Assembly: GCA_052426225.1 (NCBI GenBank) | Contig: JBNJNM010000010.1 | Coordinates: forward strand, 310,001-374,000 | Direction of reading: 5' to 3' | Source: Zancudomyces culisetae HAW-14-8 | Lineage: Eukaryota; Fungi; Kickxellomycota | Length of the DNA stretch: 64,000 bases | Part shown: in pieces, positions 23,450 through 34,542 of the stretch | Numbering within the stretch: the first letter of the stretch is position 1 | Layout of the letters: every line of letters begins with the position of its first letter | Position numbers and translations under genes: made by a program | The notes under the pieces: model-generated | Told to the model about the DNA's origin: nothing | What the model saw: only the letters and a program-made list of their open reading frames with translations | Database searches by the model: none

Positions 23450-26400
23450 TCAGTATTTCCGATCAACAGCCTTCATTCGCATATCGGTTTGAATATTTCT
23501 GTGAATATGACATAAATAATCAACATAAGACATGGCATCATTTGACCTATCTTCAACCAAAGTGGCGGCAAACGAAGCTTCGGATTGGTCCAAGTTTTGG
23601 CGTATAATTTGGAATTTAGGAATGGTGAGATTGTTGGAGTAGCTGAATGCAGCCTCGATATCAGCAACAGAGGGCAAAATGTACTTGTTGTTAACCAAGG
23701 CAAAGGCGACTTGCCAGGCATATACAGATTGGGGAGAGGTGTTGGTGAAAAGAAGAGAAGAAGTGGAGGTAGGGTCGATTTGGTCAATAGAAGGGGTGCC
23801 AAATAGAGCAGAAAGAACAGAAGAGTCAACATTTCGGCCTATCCAGCAAGTCAGAGAGGAGTGGTTGGACTGAGAAAAGTAGATGTTTGAAGAATCAAGA
23901 AGAGAGTAGGAGGCACGAACTAGATAAGGCAAGGTAGTGGTGTTGGGGTGGGAATCGGGATCAGCATCAGCATTAGGATTAAGATTAGGATTGGTATCGG
24001 AAGGCAGAATGGCAGAAGAGATACGAGGGTAGAGAAGCCTTGAAGAAGCCAAAACGCTGAGTTGGTTAAAGAGAAGCAAAGTCGAGACGCGAGTATCCAG
24101 CTGGATGTCAGGAGAAGAGCGCAAGGCATATGATTTGGTGAGAGCTAGGGCGTAGATAGGCAATAGCTTGTAGGCCTCAGGAAGAATGAGCTGGGAGGAG
24201 GAGGAATTGGCAGCACAGTGAGTGCGGTAAGCAGAAAGAATGTGGATGCAGCGGTCGGTGAGTTTGTCGCGGATGTTTCGAAGGGAGATAGACTTGGATT
24301 CGGCAGAGGCAATACGACAGAGTAGGTTAACGCTGCTGTCGATTTCGGCCTGTCTAAACATGTTGCCAACAAGAGTGGTGCAGGGAAGAGCAATGTTGTG
24401 GACACGGATTCGGCGCTGGCCATCAAATGTAGTGTAAAGAAGCGCAACTTGGAAGTAAACATCTTCTTTTTCGTCGAGTTTGGCATCGTGTTTAAAGGTA
24501 ACGCCGATAGAGGTATCACAAGTAATCATAGCCAGCTCAACATCAACATGGTTGCGCATGTACAGATTGCCATAGTGGTCTTCAATACGTAGACCATCGG
24601 AACAACGAATTCGCAGCACACCGTTAAACCCAAACATCCGCAAAGCATCGTTTCGGAGGTCTTCAGCAAATCTGATACCATCGCGGCCACTCTGGAAGGA
24701 AGGATAGGTATACAACTCTCCAGATGTTAAAGTACTGAGCTGTGAAATCGTTGCTACATCGGTATACGCATTTGGGAACAGATACAAGTTGACTCCGATT
24801 CCCTGTTCAACATACTTGATAGCAGTGTCAGTATAGAATGAATCCTGTGGAACATATAATGTCTTCTCCTTGTCTGTATTATGCAGCTTGGCATCGTCGC
24901 GGTTCTTCAATGATCCTGGTCCCAGTGTTGGCAGCGCTGTTTGGAACATAAACAACTTGCCACCTCTTCCCTTCAACGCCTCAAGCACAACTTGTGTCAC
25001 TGCTCCCATCGCTGGCTCGGCTGTTCGGTTCTGCGAAAACATGCTTGGCAGGTTCTCCAGCAACGGCTCAATCACATGCCGTGACTCAATTGGGTCGACC
25101 AAAAAGCCTTCGCTGATTGGCACAAATGCATCGTTCAGGTCTGGCACCACCATCATCTGCGCCTGGTCAAGTGATGGGTGGAGACTATAAAAATGGACAC
25201 TACGATCGTACGTCAACAGCCCAATGCGAACGCCTGGAAGCAATCCTAGCCCACTGTACAGGATTTCTTTGATTGTCTTGGCACAGACCGCAAGCATTCC
25301 ACTCTGAACTGCATTCCATGTCACATCAATCGCAAACACAAACGCTGCCTCTCCCTTTTGCTTCGACATAAACTCCTTGGTCGCTACAAATTCAATAGAC
25401 CCATTGCGCAGCTCTGGTCGCATCTCCCAATCCATTCGTCTACCTGTCATGTCCAGGTTATAAAAGTAATCCATTGGTACATCGTTTTCATGTTTACACA
25501 AGTTACAGATAAACTTTTTGCCTCCATCAATAAACTTCATATATCCATTGATATACGCCTTGCACCTCAAGCATCTTACCGGTCCTTCCTCTCCAAAATC
25601 AATTACCTGGACTGGTGTTTCCCTATCCGTCACATCTGCAAGTGGTTGAACAATCGCTCCCAGTGGCAGCTGACATCCCTTTAACAAGTCATCTGTGTTT
25701 GGAAGTGTATACATCGTCATCCTCATAAATTTTGGGTTGGCGTTTCCCTCGTCAATACATGCCACATCTGTGTTGACCATTGGCACTCCTGTTCTCTGTG
25801 ACGTATAGTATGTTTGGTCTGGATACAACTCCTGGTTTTGCGCATGCACCACCACTGGTGATGGCATTTGATTTGGATCTATTCTTCGCTTTTGCTGCTC
25901 CGCTCCTACAGCTCGCTCTGGTGGTGACATTTGCTCTGCTCGAGGTCCTCCCACAAATGGTGAGCTTGGCTTTGGTGCCTGTCCAGCGGGTGTAAACATC
26001 TGGCTTCCCACTGTCGGTGACATATGTGCTCCATAGTTTGGCGATGTTGCTGTCTCACCCGTTGCATATACTCGCCGTGCCTTCGCCTTTTGGTGACCAT
26101 GTCCTGCTTGTTGCTGTAGTCCCAATGCTCCCATCTGTTGTACCATCGAGTTCATTCCTCCATCTTCATATGATTGGGTTTGTCCTTGATATTGCTGCTG
26201 TGACTGTGGCTGTGGCTGTTGGTACTGCTGCTGCTGCTGTTGGTATTGGTATTGCTGCTGTGGTTGTTGTAGTTGTTGTGGTTGTTGTGGTTGTTGTATT
26301 GAGGATGACGAGATTTGCTGTGATGCCATTGGTGGTATTCTCATGCTTGGATTCATTGCTCCTGCTACTGCACGTGTGGCCATCCCTGGCATTGGAGGTT

Positions 26401-26919
26401 GTTGTCCCGCATGGATTGGCCCTGCTCCAGGATATTGTACCACTGGCGGTCGTCCTTGTACCATAGCTGGTGGTCCTCCTACTGGTGGTTGTAGTTGTGG
26501 CTGTGGTACTGGTGCTGCCGTTTGTTGTGTTCCCATTTGTGGAATTCCTACTGGTGGCATTCCCACTTGCTGTGGTCGCATTGCTATTCATCACAAAACA
26601 CACACACACATACACTTTATTATTATTCTTTCATCTCCCTTTTACTCTCGAAAAATACCATACATATTCTTATTTACTTACGTGGCTGACCACCAACATG
26701 TGGTTGGAGAACTGTCTTTGGTCCTACAGGTGGAATTGCATTCATCGGTCTAATATTTTGTGGTATAATTGGTTTTCCATCTGGTCCAGCCCGAACAACT
26801 GGATTCATTGGTCGTGGCCTCATTGGATGTGGCACTCCAGCTGGTGGATGCGGGTGTGTTGCCTGTGCATTTTTTTGTCCGTCTATTTGTTCCTGTCCAA
26901 AATTCATCCTATTCTCCAT
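23450..26919 (-). CDS. SEC24: COPII coat subunit Sec24 (Sec24C/D-Sfb3 type), exons 26919-26682 and 26583-23450
   Basis: Q/P-rich N-terminus, RIDPNQMPSP, zinc finger RCLRCKAYIN...FICNLC, trunk/vWA domain, GQRRIRVHN, QLILPEAYKLLP, SYVDYLCHIH. GT-AG intron 26681-26584 keeps the frame. Confidence 0.95.
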
Positions 26920-29074
26920 TTATTCAAAAAAAGTTTGTATGTTATTTAACCTTGCTTGGCTACTAGTCAGGTTTTGGTATTCCTTCCCACTTTCTTATCC
27001 ATCTTTTTCTTTTTCTTTTTCCCTTCCATACACCCACTCAAATCATACCAGTTATAAATCATATACTCACTACTTCATTCGAGTACTACCTTTTACCGAC
27101 TTTGATTTCTTACCTTTTCTTCTCATACAATATTCTTTTTTTTTCAAACGATGCTGTTCTGTCTACCAAATATTTGTCTTTTTTTCTTTTCTATATATCC
27201 ACATTTACACAACAAAATGTGTATTTATCCTGCCCCCTCGCTTTGTTTGTTTTCTTTCTTCTTTCTTTTTAAAAATTCTTACTAGATGTATTAGCTTTTT
27301 CCGTACAACCAAAAGTTGGAATTTGTTAAAGTCTTCCTTACTTTTAGGCTTTACTTTTCTATAAACTAGTTGAACAAACTCACAAATTAATTCATTGTAG
27401 AAAAAATAGCATATTCATTTTATATTTTATTATTTCATTTTAGCTTTTGTTCTAATTGTTGTATTTTTAGAAAATTAATTCAATTCCAATTAATAAAGAT
27501 TTTCTAGGAATTGCACTTCTTTTAATGTTACATTGACAAAAAAAAAAGCTGTAAAAACCCAACAAGAACTTGTACTTAGAGAGAGGTATTGAGAGGAAGA
27601 GGAGAAACTCGAACTAGAAATGGAGCTGGTACTGAAGTCGGTGGTTACTTTCACAGCCTAACTTTTGCACAGGGATATTCATGTATATTCAAATTTATTC
27701 ATTTACATACCCTTTTTTTCTCTCATTCCTTGGAGTTATATCTATCATCATTTGTTATTGTTTAACACTTTTTTTTTTTGTATTCAAGTCTCTCGAACTG
27801 TGTCTTTTATAAAGTACTCAAGTCCTTGGGAATCCAGAAAAGTAAAACAAAAGGCAAAATAACCCTCCATTCCAACAGTTCCAACACCTTCATCCCTTTT
27901 CTTTTTTATTTTTTAATTTAATTTTATTTTTTTACATATTTTGTATATTATCCATTTTTTCATTTTTTTTTACTTCTTGCATGGTCGAAAAACGTTGGTT
28001 TACAAATCTAGCGTTAATAGTCAACTTATTTAGACAAAACTACACAAAACTACACAAAAACCTATAATTCTGTTATATAACGTCTCTTTTTTCTCCTAGA
28101 CCACCTGTGGTATAATTGTGTACCATATGGATGTATGTCCTGTGCCCATCTTATCAAAGATTACTCTTTTCAACTCTGCTTGGAAACAGTCATCAGTAAC
28201 TCGGTATAGTAATAAAAGATGACATCAATGTATGTATACCATCATCTTATATATCCAGTTTTCTTGGAACAACCGAGCACTAGTAAATTACACTCATTCA
28301 AGATTATATTTTGATTTTGGAGTCGAATATATGAAATATGTATATAGTTGAACGTGTGTATTTTTCATTCACCTTGGCTCTAAATCCTCCGCTCCATCTA
28401 AATAATGTTACTTGAAATTAGTTTTGCAAAGTTTTATGTTTATTTTACACATTTTAAATTTCTATTCGTCCAAATAAAAAACCTGTTGTGTATGTTATCA
28501 TTTTTTATTCCCAGCCCAATTTTATGAAATAGCACGATTTTATCCTCATTTAAAGACCATTTTTTTTATTTTTGATGGGAGAGGGAGAATTAGAGGTTGT
28601 GTTTTTTGTGTTTTTTGTGTATGTGTGTATTTGTGTGAGGGAGATGGGAGATTTTAATTTTTAGACTTTGTATTTTCCTTATTACCCCCGAACCTACCTT
28701 CAAAAGTAGAAAAACGAAAAGTAAAAAACTCCAAACAAATGATCAGTCTACACAACATCAACTAAATTATACCATTGACTATCTATCATATTTGCTATAA
28801 TTGAAAAATATGTGAAATACTTTTATTCAACGATCACTGGTGGTACCTGAACGTATCCTCATCCTACCCGGTATCATGATATGTCTCACTAAATATAATA
28901 TTTGATCATCTTAAAAAGTACCACAGATTTACACTTTTTTTTTTTGCACCATCTGGCATGAGCACCTGTTAATGTATTGAAAAACAAACTTTTCACTTTA
29001 AAAAAAACAATAATACAAGAACACAACTATTTTTTTTAATGCAGTCATGTATTTTAACATTTAAAATGCTGAAC

Positions 29075-29140
29075 TGTCATATAGAAATGGATGGATTACC
29101 CCTTGTCAGAAATTGGTTAGGTAATTTATTAATGAGTCAT

Positions 29141-29184
<44 letters not shown>

Positions 29185-29492
29185 CATTTTATTGGGAAGA
29201 TTGGACTTTTCTCCCTAGGAGGGTTTTTTCCTACTTCCTTGATAACAAGTTCGTGTTATCATTACTTTTATATAGGAGTTTGGATTTCTAGTTTTAAGAA
29301 AAAGATTATTATCAATTTTTATTAAGTATATCATAAAAAATAAACTACAATAGTAAAATATAACAAGTGTCTACACAAAACTCAGTTATTAACATAAACG
29401 GTGAGCTTAAACACTATCCGTGAAGGAAGTAACTAGTGTATTGACACTGTGCACCCATAACGGGTAATATAATATAAATTTTAAATATTACA
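29075..29492 (+). repeat. 5' LTR (418 bp), containing a (TAT)14 microsatellite at 29143-29184
   Basis: TGTCAT...ATTACA; matches 34035-34452 block for block at an offset of 4960. Confidence 0.97.
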
Positions 29493-29494
29493 AT

Positions 29495-29511
29495 TGGCGC
29501 TCCCAGCTAGG
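29495..29511 (+). promoter_or_regulatory. Primer-binding site TGGCGCTCCCAGCTAGG
   Basis: Starts with TGG (complement of tRNA CCA) after a 2-nt AT spacer following the LTR end. It is complementary to a tRNA 3' end ...CCUAGCUGGGAGCG-CCA. Confidence 0.8.
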
Positions 29512-29603
29512 CGCAACGCCAGTGGGCTACAGATAACAGTTATAGAAAATACTAATAGTTGAGGTCAAATTTAGTTAAAAGATAAGCCGGAAAAAGATAA
29601 GAA

Positions 29604-32600
29604 ATGAAGGTGCCAGAGACGTTTGATTGTACCAGTGGTATGGACCCAAAGGAATGGGTAGGAAAATACAGGATAATTGCAAAACTTAACAAGTGGGATG
29701 AAGATGACTGGATCGATTTCGTACAACTACACTTGGGTAAGCGAGAGCTGGTTTGGTACAAGAGAAACACTCTCAAGTTCACTTCGTGGGAAGAATTTAC
29801 TAAACAGTTTATTACCAAATTTGGACCAAAAGACCAAAGTTTAAAATACTTGGAGCAGTTGAAAACAATTAGTCAAGATGAATTCGAAACTATTGAGGAG
29901 TTAGAATACGAGCTAGAGGAACTGCTAACAAAGTCAAAAATCACTGAAGAGAAGCAAAAGCTTAACTGGTTGCTTAGCGCGTTAACTACAGAGAATAGAA
30001 TAAGAGTAAGGGATGCAGGAGTTGAAAGCTGGACAGAGATTGTTGAACTAATAAGTAAAGATGAACAACAATTAGCTATACAGCGAAAGCCAAGTGCTAT
30101 TGAAAAAGAAAACAATAAAAAACAAACTAAACCACGCATTCAGCTTCCGCATTCGGGCAGGCCGATTAAGGATATGGCCCAGGAAAAGTTAGGTTACGGA
30201 GAAATGGTTAAGAAGATGGAGGAGTGGAGTTTGAATCTCCTCACCAAGGTTGACGAGTTGATGGAAAACAAGCTCCGGGAGCATCGTAGACCCAGACCAC
30301 AGTCATACACCAGGGGTCCCATCAAGTGTTTTAAGTGTGGGGTCGAAGGACACAAAGTACCAGATTGTCCAGAGCAGAGTAAAGTACAAGATACCAGTGT
30401 AAATTTTATTGAACTTTCTACTGGTAACGAGGAAGACACCGACGTATTTGCAGTACAGAGAGGTATACATCCAAGGGGAGTACAAAAACCATATGACTTT
30501 AGTAATAAGAAGATGACTCCAATTACTACCCATACAAGGATGTCACAACGCAACAGGGATGAAGTGCGAGCAGAAATGGAGGTAGAGCCACCAGCTAAAC
30601 CTCAAGTGGTTGGAACAGCGAAAGATCATGCAACAAAAGAGGAGCCACCAAAAAGCAGAAATAAGTTGATACCAAAGATTACAGAAGGTATAGAACCATT
30701 TAGCTTAGTGGAGGACCTGAAGAGTTACTACCCTCATATAAGCCTACCCCAACTGATACAGGCTGCTCCACAATTAACACATGATATGAGTCAACTAGCA
30801 AAAAAGGTAAAAAAAGATGAGATAAACGAGATACGCCTGAATCCATCTAAGACATCCAGTTGCAAAATTGAGATCACCATATTTGGAAGGAGAATGTGGG
30901 CAGTTGTAGATACAGGGGCCGCGTGCTCTGTAGCTACTCCAAACTTAGTATATGGATGGGGTCTAATCACGGAGCAGTCGGATGGACAAGTGATAGTCAC
31001 AGCGGACGGCCGAAGGCATGCACCTCGGGGGATAATTAGAGATGTACCGGTGCAAATAGGAAAGTATATCTTCGCTACTGACATTACTATCATGGAAAGA
31101 ACTGACGATATTCTCATATTAGGAACGGATTGGCTTTTAGCCCACAAAACGAAACTAGATATGCAGAAAGGTGAACTAGCACTACCAGTAGGAAAACAAT
31201 TATTGCTAGCACCCCTTTACACTCGCGTAGCAGCAGAAGGAGCAGATTCAGATGAAGCGGAAGTATATTTAGTGATCAGTGAACGTCAAGATGAGGGAAC
31301 AGAGGAGGTAGCTATGGACCCGCGGGTCACGGAACTGATAGAGGAAAACAAAGAACTATTCATTGAGGATGTAGAACAGCTCACCCAGACGAATGTTACT
31401 CAACATCGGATCGAGCTAACACAGGATACTCCCATCCGACAACGTCCATACCGCATACCATTCCACTTATATGAAAAGGTCCGTACTGAGCTAGAGATTA
31501 TGGAGAAGAATGGCGTTATTGCGCCCTGCACATCGGAGTGGTGCTCACCCGTTGTAGCAGTCTGGAAAAAGAACGGTAAGCTCCGAATCTGTGCGGACTA
31601 CCGCAAACTGAACCAAGTCACCCGGAAGGATTCCTATCCTCTCCCCACCATAGATGACATTTTTATGGCATTAGCTGGTGCCACCATATTTAGCTCGTTT
31701 GACGCCTTAAGTGGGTATTGGCAGATACCCATGGCGCTGGGAGATCGCGATAAAACTGCCTTCGCAATTCCTGGAAGTGGGACGTACTGCTATAACGTGA
31801 TGCCGTTTGGGCTCACGAATAGCCCAGCCTCCTTCCAGCGAATGATGGAAAAAGCTCTCGCACCTGTGCTCTGGAAGACTACGGTCGTCTTCATAGATGA
31901 TATTGTGGTATACTCGACGTCTTTTGAACAACATCTAGTCGATGTTCGTGAGGTCTTACAGCTACTTAAAACTAACAATATACAACTTCACAAGAATAAA
32001 TGTAGTTTAGCCGTAAATTCGTTAACATACTTAGGACACACCATCTCAGGTAAGGGTATTGAGACGTGTATGGATAAAATAATTGCTATACAAAAAGCCG
32101 AGTCGCCGAAGTCGGTTAAGGAACTTCAATCGTTCCTTGGACTGACTGGTTACTACCGAAAGTTCGTGGAGAACTATGCCAGAATCGTAGCCCCGTTATT
32201 GAAGCTGCTCAAAAAGAATACAGTGTGGAGTTGGCAGTCGGAACATCAGTCAGCAGTAGAAGAACTAAAGAAACAACTTTGCGAGACTCCAGTCCTATCC
32301 CATCCCGATTGGACGCGTGAATTCATTGTCACAACGGACGCCTCCATTGTAGGTATTGGGGCGATCCTTTCCCAGGAATTCGAAGACGGTGAAAGGCCGA
32401 TTTGCTATTTGAGTCGTATTTTAAACCCACATGAGAGAAACTATTCAGTGGCACATTTAGAGGGACTTGCCGTAGTATGGTCCGTAAAGAAATTAAGACA
32501 ATACTTGTGGGGTAAACACTTTACCGTCCGCACCGACCACAAGGCCCTAATACAACTGTTTAATGGTAAAGACATAACCGGACGTGTCGCCCGTTGGGCA

Positions 32601-34025
32601 ATGATACTCCGCAACTATAATTACTCCATTGTGCATTGTATGGGAAAGCGGAACCCAGCTGACGCGTTGTCTAGGCTCCCAACCAATGAACCCTCGACTT
32701 CCATTGAAGAACTGGACATACTCACACTTGACTTCCTATATTACACTGCTATTACGACTTACTTGAGAGAGAAAGAGTACCCTAGAGGAGCAGATGAGAG
32801 GTTTCGGGAGAAGTTGCGTAACAAGGCACGGAAATATACACTGAAAAACGATAGACTGTGCCGTGTTATAAAAGGACAAGTCAAGGAGGTCCTGCACGAG
32901 AAAAACATTGAGGAGACTATATCCACCATTCATGAAGAGGGACACAATGGTATAGAAAACACATGGCTAAAGGTGAAAGAGAAATACACTGGCGAAGGAC
33001 TATATGAAGTTGTGAAAAAAATAGTTAATGAATGTATCACCTGCCAAAGATATAAAGGTGGAAGAACACGAAGAAGCAACCTAAATCCTATATTTAGCCC
33101 GCGACCATTCAGCATATTTGGATTAGATGCAATTGGACCCATCAATCCGGTGAGTAAAACAGGTAATAGATTTATTTTAACGGGAATTGATTACTTTACT
33201 AAGTGGCCAGTGGCCGCTGCAGTAAGTAATATAAAGACTGAGACCATTATTAGTTTTATACTAACCCATATTATTCAGTGGTTCGGGGTGCCTAGCCAAA
33301 TCATAACCGACCGCGGCTCAGGATTTGTGAGCGACTTGGCGGAACAGGTATATAAGGAATTGGGAATTCGTCACACACCGACAACGCCGTATCGCCCCCA
33401 AAGCAACGGCCAAGTGGAACGGCTGAATCAAACCCTGAAGAATGCATTAGTGCGACAATGTCGAAAGGACAAACAAAACTGGGATAAGTTCATTTGGAAA
33501 TCGCTACTTGCAATCCGGACAATGAGAAACAAATCTACCAAGTATAGTCCTGCTGAGTTGCTATACGGAGTGCAAATTGCTACCCCTAGCGTATGGACTC
33601 CGCCTCCCGATGTTGACAATCTAGATATTGCAGTACAAGAACGAATTGATGCTATAAAATCATCATTGCCGGAGATGAGAACTGATAGTGTAAGGAATAA
33701 CGTACTCGCTAAAGAAAAGGATCGTGAATCATATAACAAGCAGGTTAAACCGTACAAATTCAATCAAGGGGACTTAGTACTAAAGATGACAGAGCAAACC
33801 CAGAGTAAGCTAGAGGAGATCTGGGAGGGACCCTATCAAGTGGAAAATGTATTATCCAAGGGAACTTATATAATAACGGATAACGAAGGGAAGAGAGATC
33901 TGGTCAATGGGGATATGCTAAAACAGTTTCACTACAGTAAGAACATGATACCTGAGGTGTCGTCTGCGTTACGTACCAAGTTAAGACGGTTTAAAAATGT
34001 CCCAACGATAAGTCCAATCTGGTAG
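29604..34025 (+). CDS. Gag-Pol polyprotein in a single ORF, 1473 aa
   Basis: Capsid-like N-terminus, one CCHC knuckle (CFKCGVEGHKVPDC), protease VVDTGA, RT (LRICADYRKLN, MPFGLTNSP, FIDDI), RNase H (TTDAS, RTDH, NPADALSR), integrase (H..GH...C..C, LDAIGP, ITDRGS, NGQVERLN) and a WEGPY GPY/F module. Confidence 0.97.
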   Translation: MKVPETFDCTSGMDPKEWVGKYRIIAKLNKWDEDDWIDFVQLHLGKRELVWYKRNTLKFTSWEEFTKQFITKFGPKDQSLKYLEQLKTISQDEFETIEELEYELEELLTKSKITEEKQKLNWLLSALTTENRIRVRDAGVESWTEIVELISKDEQQLAIQRKPSAIEKENNKKQTKPRIQLPHSGRPIKDMAQEKLGYGEMVKKMEEWSLNLLTKVDELMENKLREHRRPRPQSYTRGPIKCFKCGVEGHKVPDCPEQSKVQDTSVNFIELSTGNEEDTDVFAVQRGIHPRGVQKPYDFSNKKMTPITTHTRMSQRNRDEVRAEMEVEPPAKPQVVGTAKDHATKEEPPKSRNKLIPKITEGIEPFSLVEDLKSYYPHISLPQLIQAAPQLTHDMSQLAKKVKKDEINEIRLNPSKTSSCKIEITIFGRRMWAVVDTGAACSVATPNLVYGWGLITEQSDGQVIVTADGRRHAPRGIIRDVPVQIGKYIFATDITIMERTDDILILGTDWLLAHKTKLDMQKGELALPVGKQLLLAPLYTRVAAEGADSDEAEVYLVISERQDEGTEEVAMDPRVTELIEENKELFIEDVEQLTQTNVTQHRIELTQDTPIRQRPYRIPFHLYEKVRTELEIMEKNGVIAPCTSEWCSPVVAVWKKNGKLRICADYRKLNQVTRKDSYPLPTIDDIFMALAGATIFSSFDALSGYWQIPMALGDRDKTAFAIPGSGTYCYNVMPFGLTNSPASFQRMMEKALAPVLWKTTVVFIDDIVVYSTSFEQHLVDVREVLQLLKTNNIQLHKNKCSLAVNSLTYLGHTISGKGIETCMDKIIAIQKAESPKSVKELQSFLGLTGYYRKFVENYARIVAPLLKLLKKNTVWSWQSEHQSAVEELKKQLCETPVLSHPDWTREFIVTTDASIVGIGAILSQEFEDGERPICYLSRILNPHERNYSVAHLEGLAVVWSVKKLRQYLWGKHFTVRTDHKALIQLFNGKDITGRVARWAMILRNYNYSIVHCMGKRNPADALSRLPTNEPSTSIEELDILTLDFLYYTAITTYLREKEYPRGADERFREKLRNKARKYTLKNDRLCRVIKGQVKEVLHEKNIEETISTIHEEGHNGIENTWLKVKEKYTGEGLYEVVKKIVNECITCQRYKGGRTRRSNLNPIFSPRPFSIFGLDAIGPINPVSKTGNRFILTGIDYFTKWPVAAAVSNIKTETIISFILTHIIQWFGVPSQIITDRGSGFVSDLAEQVYKELGIRHTPTTPYRPQSNGQVERLNQTLKNALVRQCRKDKQNWDKFIWKSLLAIRTMRNKSTKYSPAELLYGVQIATPSVWTPPPDVDNLDIAVQERIDAIKSSLPEMRTDSVRNNVLAKEKDRESYNKQVKPYKFNQGDLVLKMTEQTQSKLEEIWEGPYQVENVLSKGTYIITDNEGKRDLVNGDMLKQFHYSKNMIPEVSSALRTKLRRFKNVPTISPIW

Positions 34026-34030
34026 GGGAG
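34021..34030 (+). promoter_or_regulatory. Polypurine tract (GGTAGGGGAG), overlapping the pol stop codon
   Basis: Purine run ending 4 nt before the 3' LTR. Confidence 0.7.
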
Positions 34031-34034
34031 TATC

Positions 34035-34100
34035 TGTCATATAGAAATGGATGGATTACCCCTTGTCAGAAATTGGTTAGGTAATTTATTAATGAGTCAT

Positions 34101-34144
<44 letters not shown>

Positions 34145-34452
34145 CATTTTATTGGGAAGATTGGACTTTTCTCCCTAGGAGGGTTTTTTCCTACTTCCTT
34201 GATAACAAGTTCGTGTTATCATTACTTTTATATAGGAGTTTGGATTTCTAGTTTTAAGAAAAAGATTATTATCAATTTTTATTAAGTATATCATAAAAAA
34301 TAAACTACAATAGTAAAATATAACAAGTGTCTACACAAAACTCAGTTATTAACATAAACGGTGAGCTTAAACACTATCCGTGAAGGAAGTAACTAGTGTA
34401 TTGACACTGTGCACCCATAACGGGTAATATAATATAAATTTTAAATATTACA
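34035..34452 (+). repeat. 3' LTR (418 bp), identical to the 5' LTR by visual comparison
   Basis: TGTCAT...ATTACA, with the same (TAT)14 at 34103-34144. Confidence 0.97.
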
Positions 34453-34460
34453 GAACACAA

Positions 34461-34542
34461 GGTGACTTGCCCGAGTGGTCCAAGGGGTCAGGTTTAGGCC
34501 CTGATATGTTCGCATGCGTGGGTTCGAACCCCACAGTCATCA
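34461..34542 (+). tRNA. tRNA-Leu (anticodon TAG), intronless, long variable arm
   Basis: Acceptor stem GGTGACT/AGTCATC plus discriminator A; D-arm GCCCGAGTGGTCCAAGGGG; anticodon arm TCAGG-TTTAGGC-CCTGA; variable arm ATGTTCGCAT; T-arm GTGGGTTCGAACCCCAC; oligo-T at 34547-34550. Confidence 0.95.

Larger units (their letters stand above)
29075..34452 (+). mobile_element. Full-length Ty3/gypsy (Metaviridae) LTR retrotransposon, 5378 bp, with 4-bp target-site duplication GAAC (29071-29074 and 34453-34456)
   Basis: Two direct 418-bp LTRs bounded by TGT...ACA, PBS after the 5' LTR, purine tract before the 3' LTR, and gag-PR-RT-RH-IN domain order. Confidence 0.97.

Noticed and set aside
26017-26615. 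Alternative-frame and antisense ORFs over SEC24, and similar ones over gag-pol, IDO and TFB1
   Set aside because: These are shadow ORFs caused by the CAA/CAG repeat and codon bias of the real genes; they carry no independent motifs.
29075-34452. env-like third ORF or 5-bp TSD as in Ty3
   Set aside because: The pol stop overlaps the PPT, leaving no room for env. The flanks TGAAC and GAACA match over only 4 bp.
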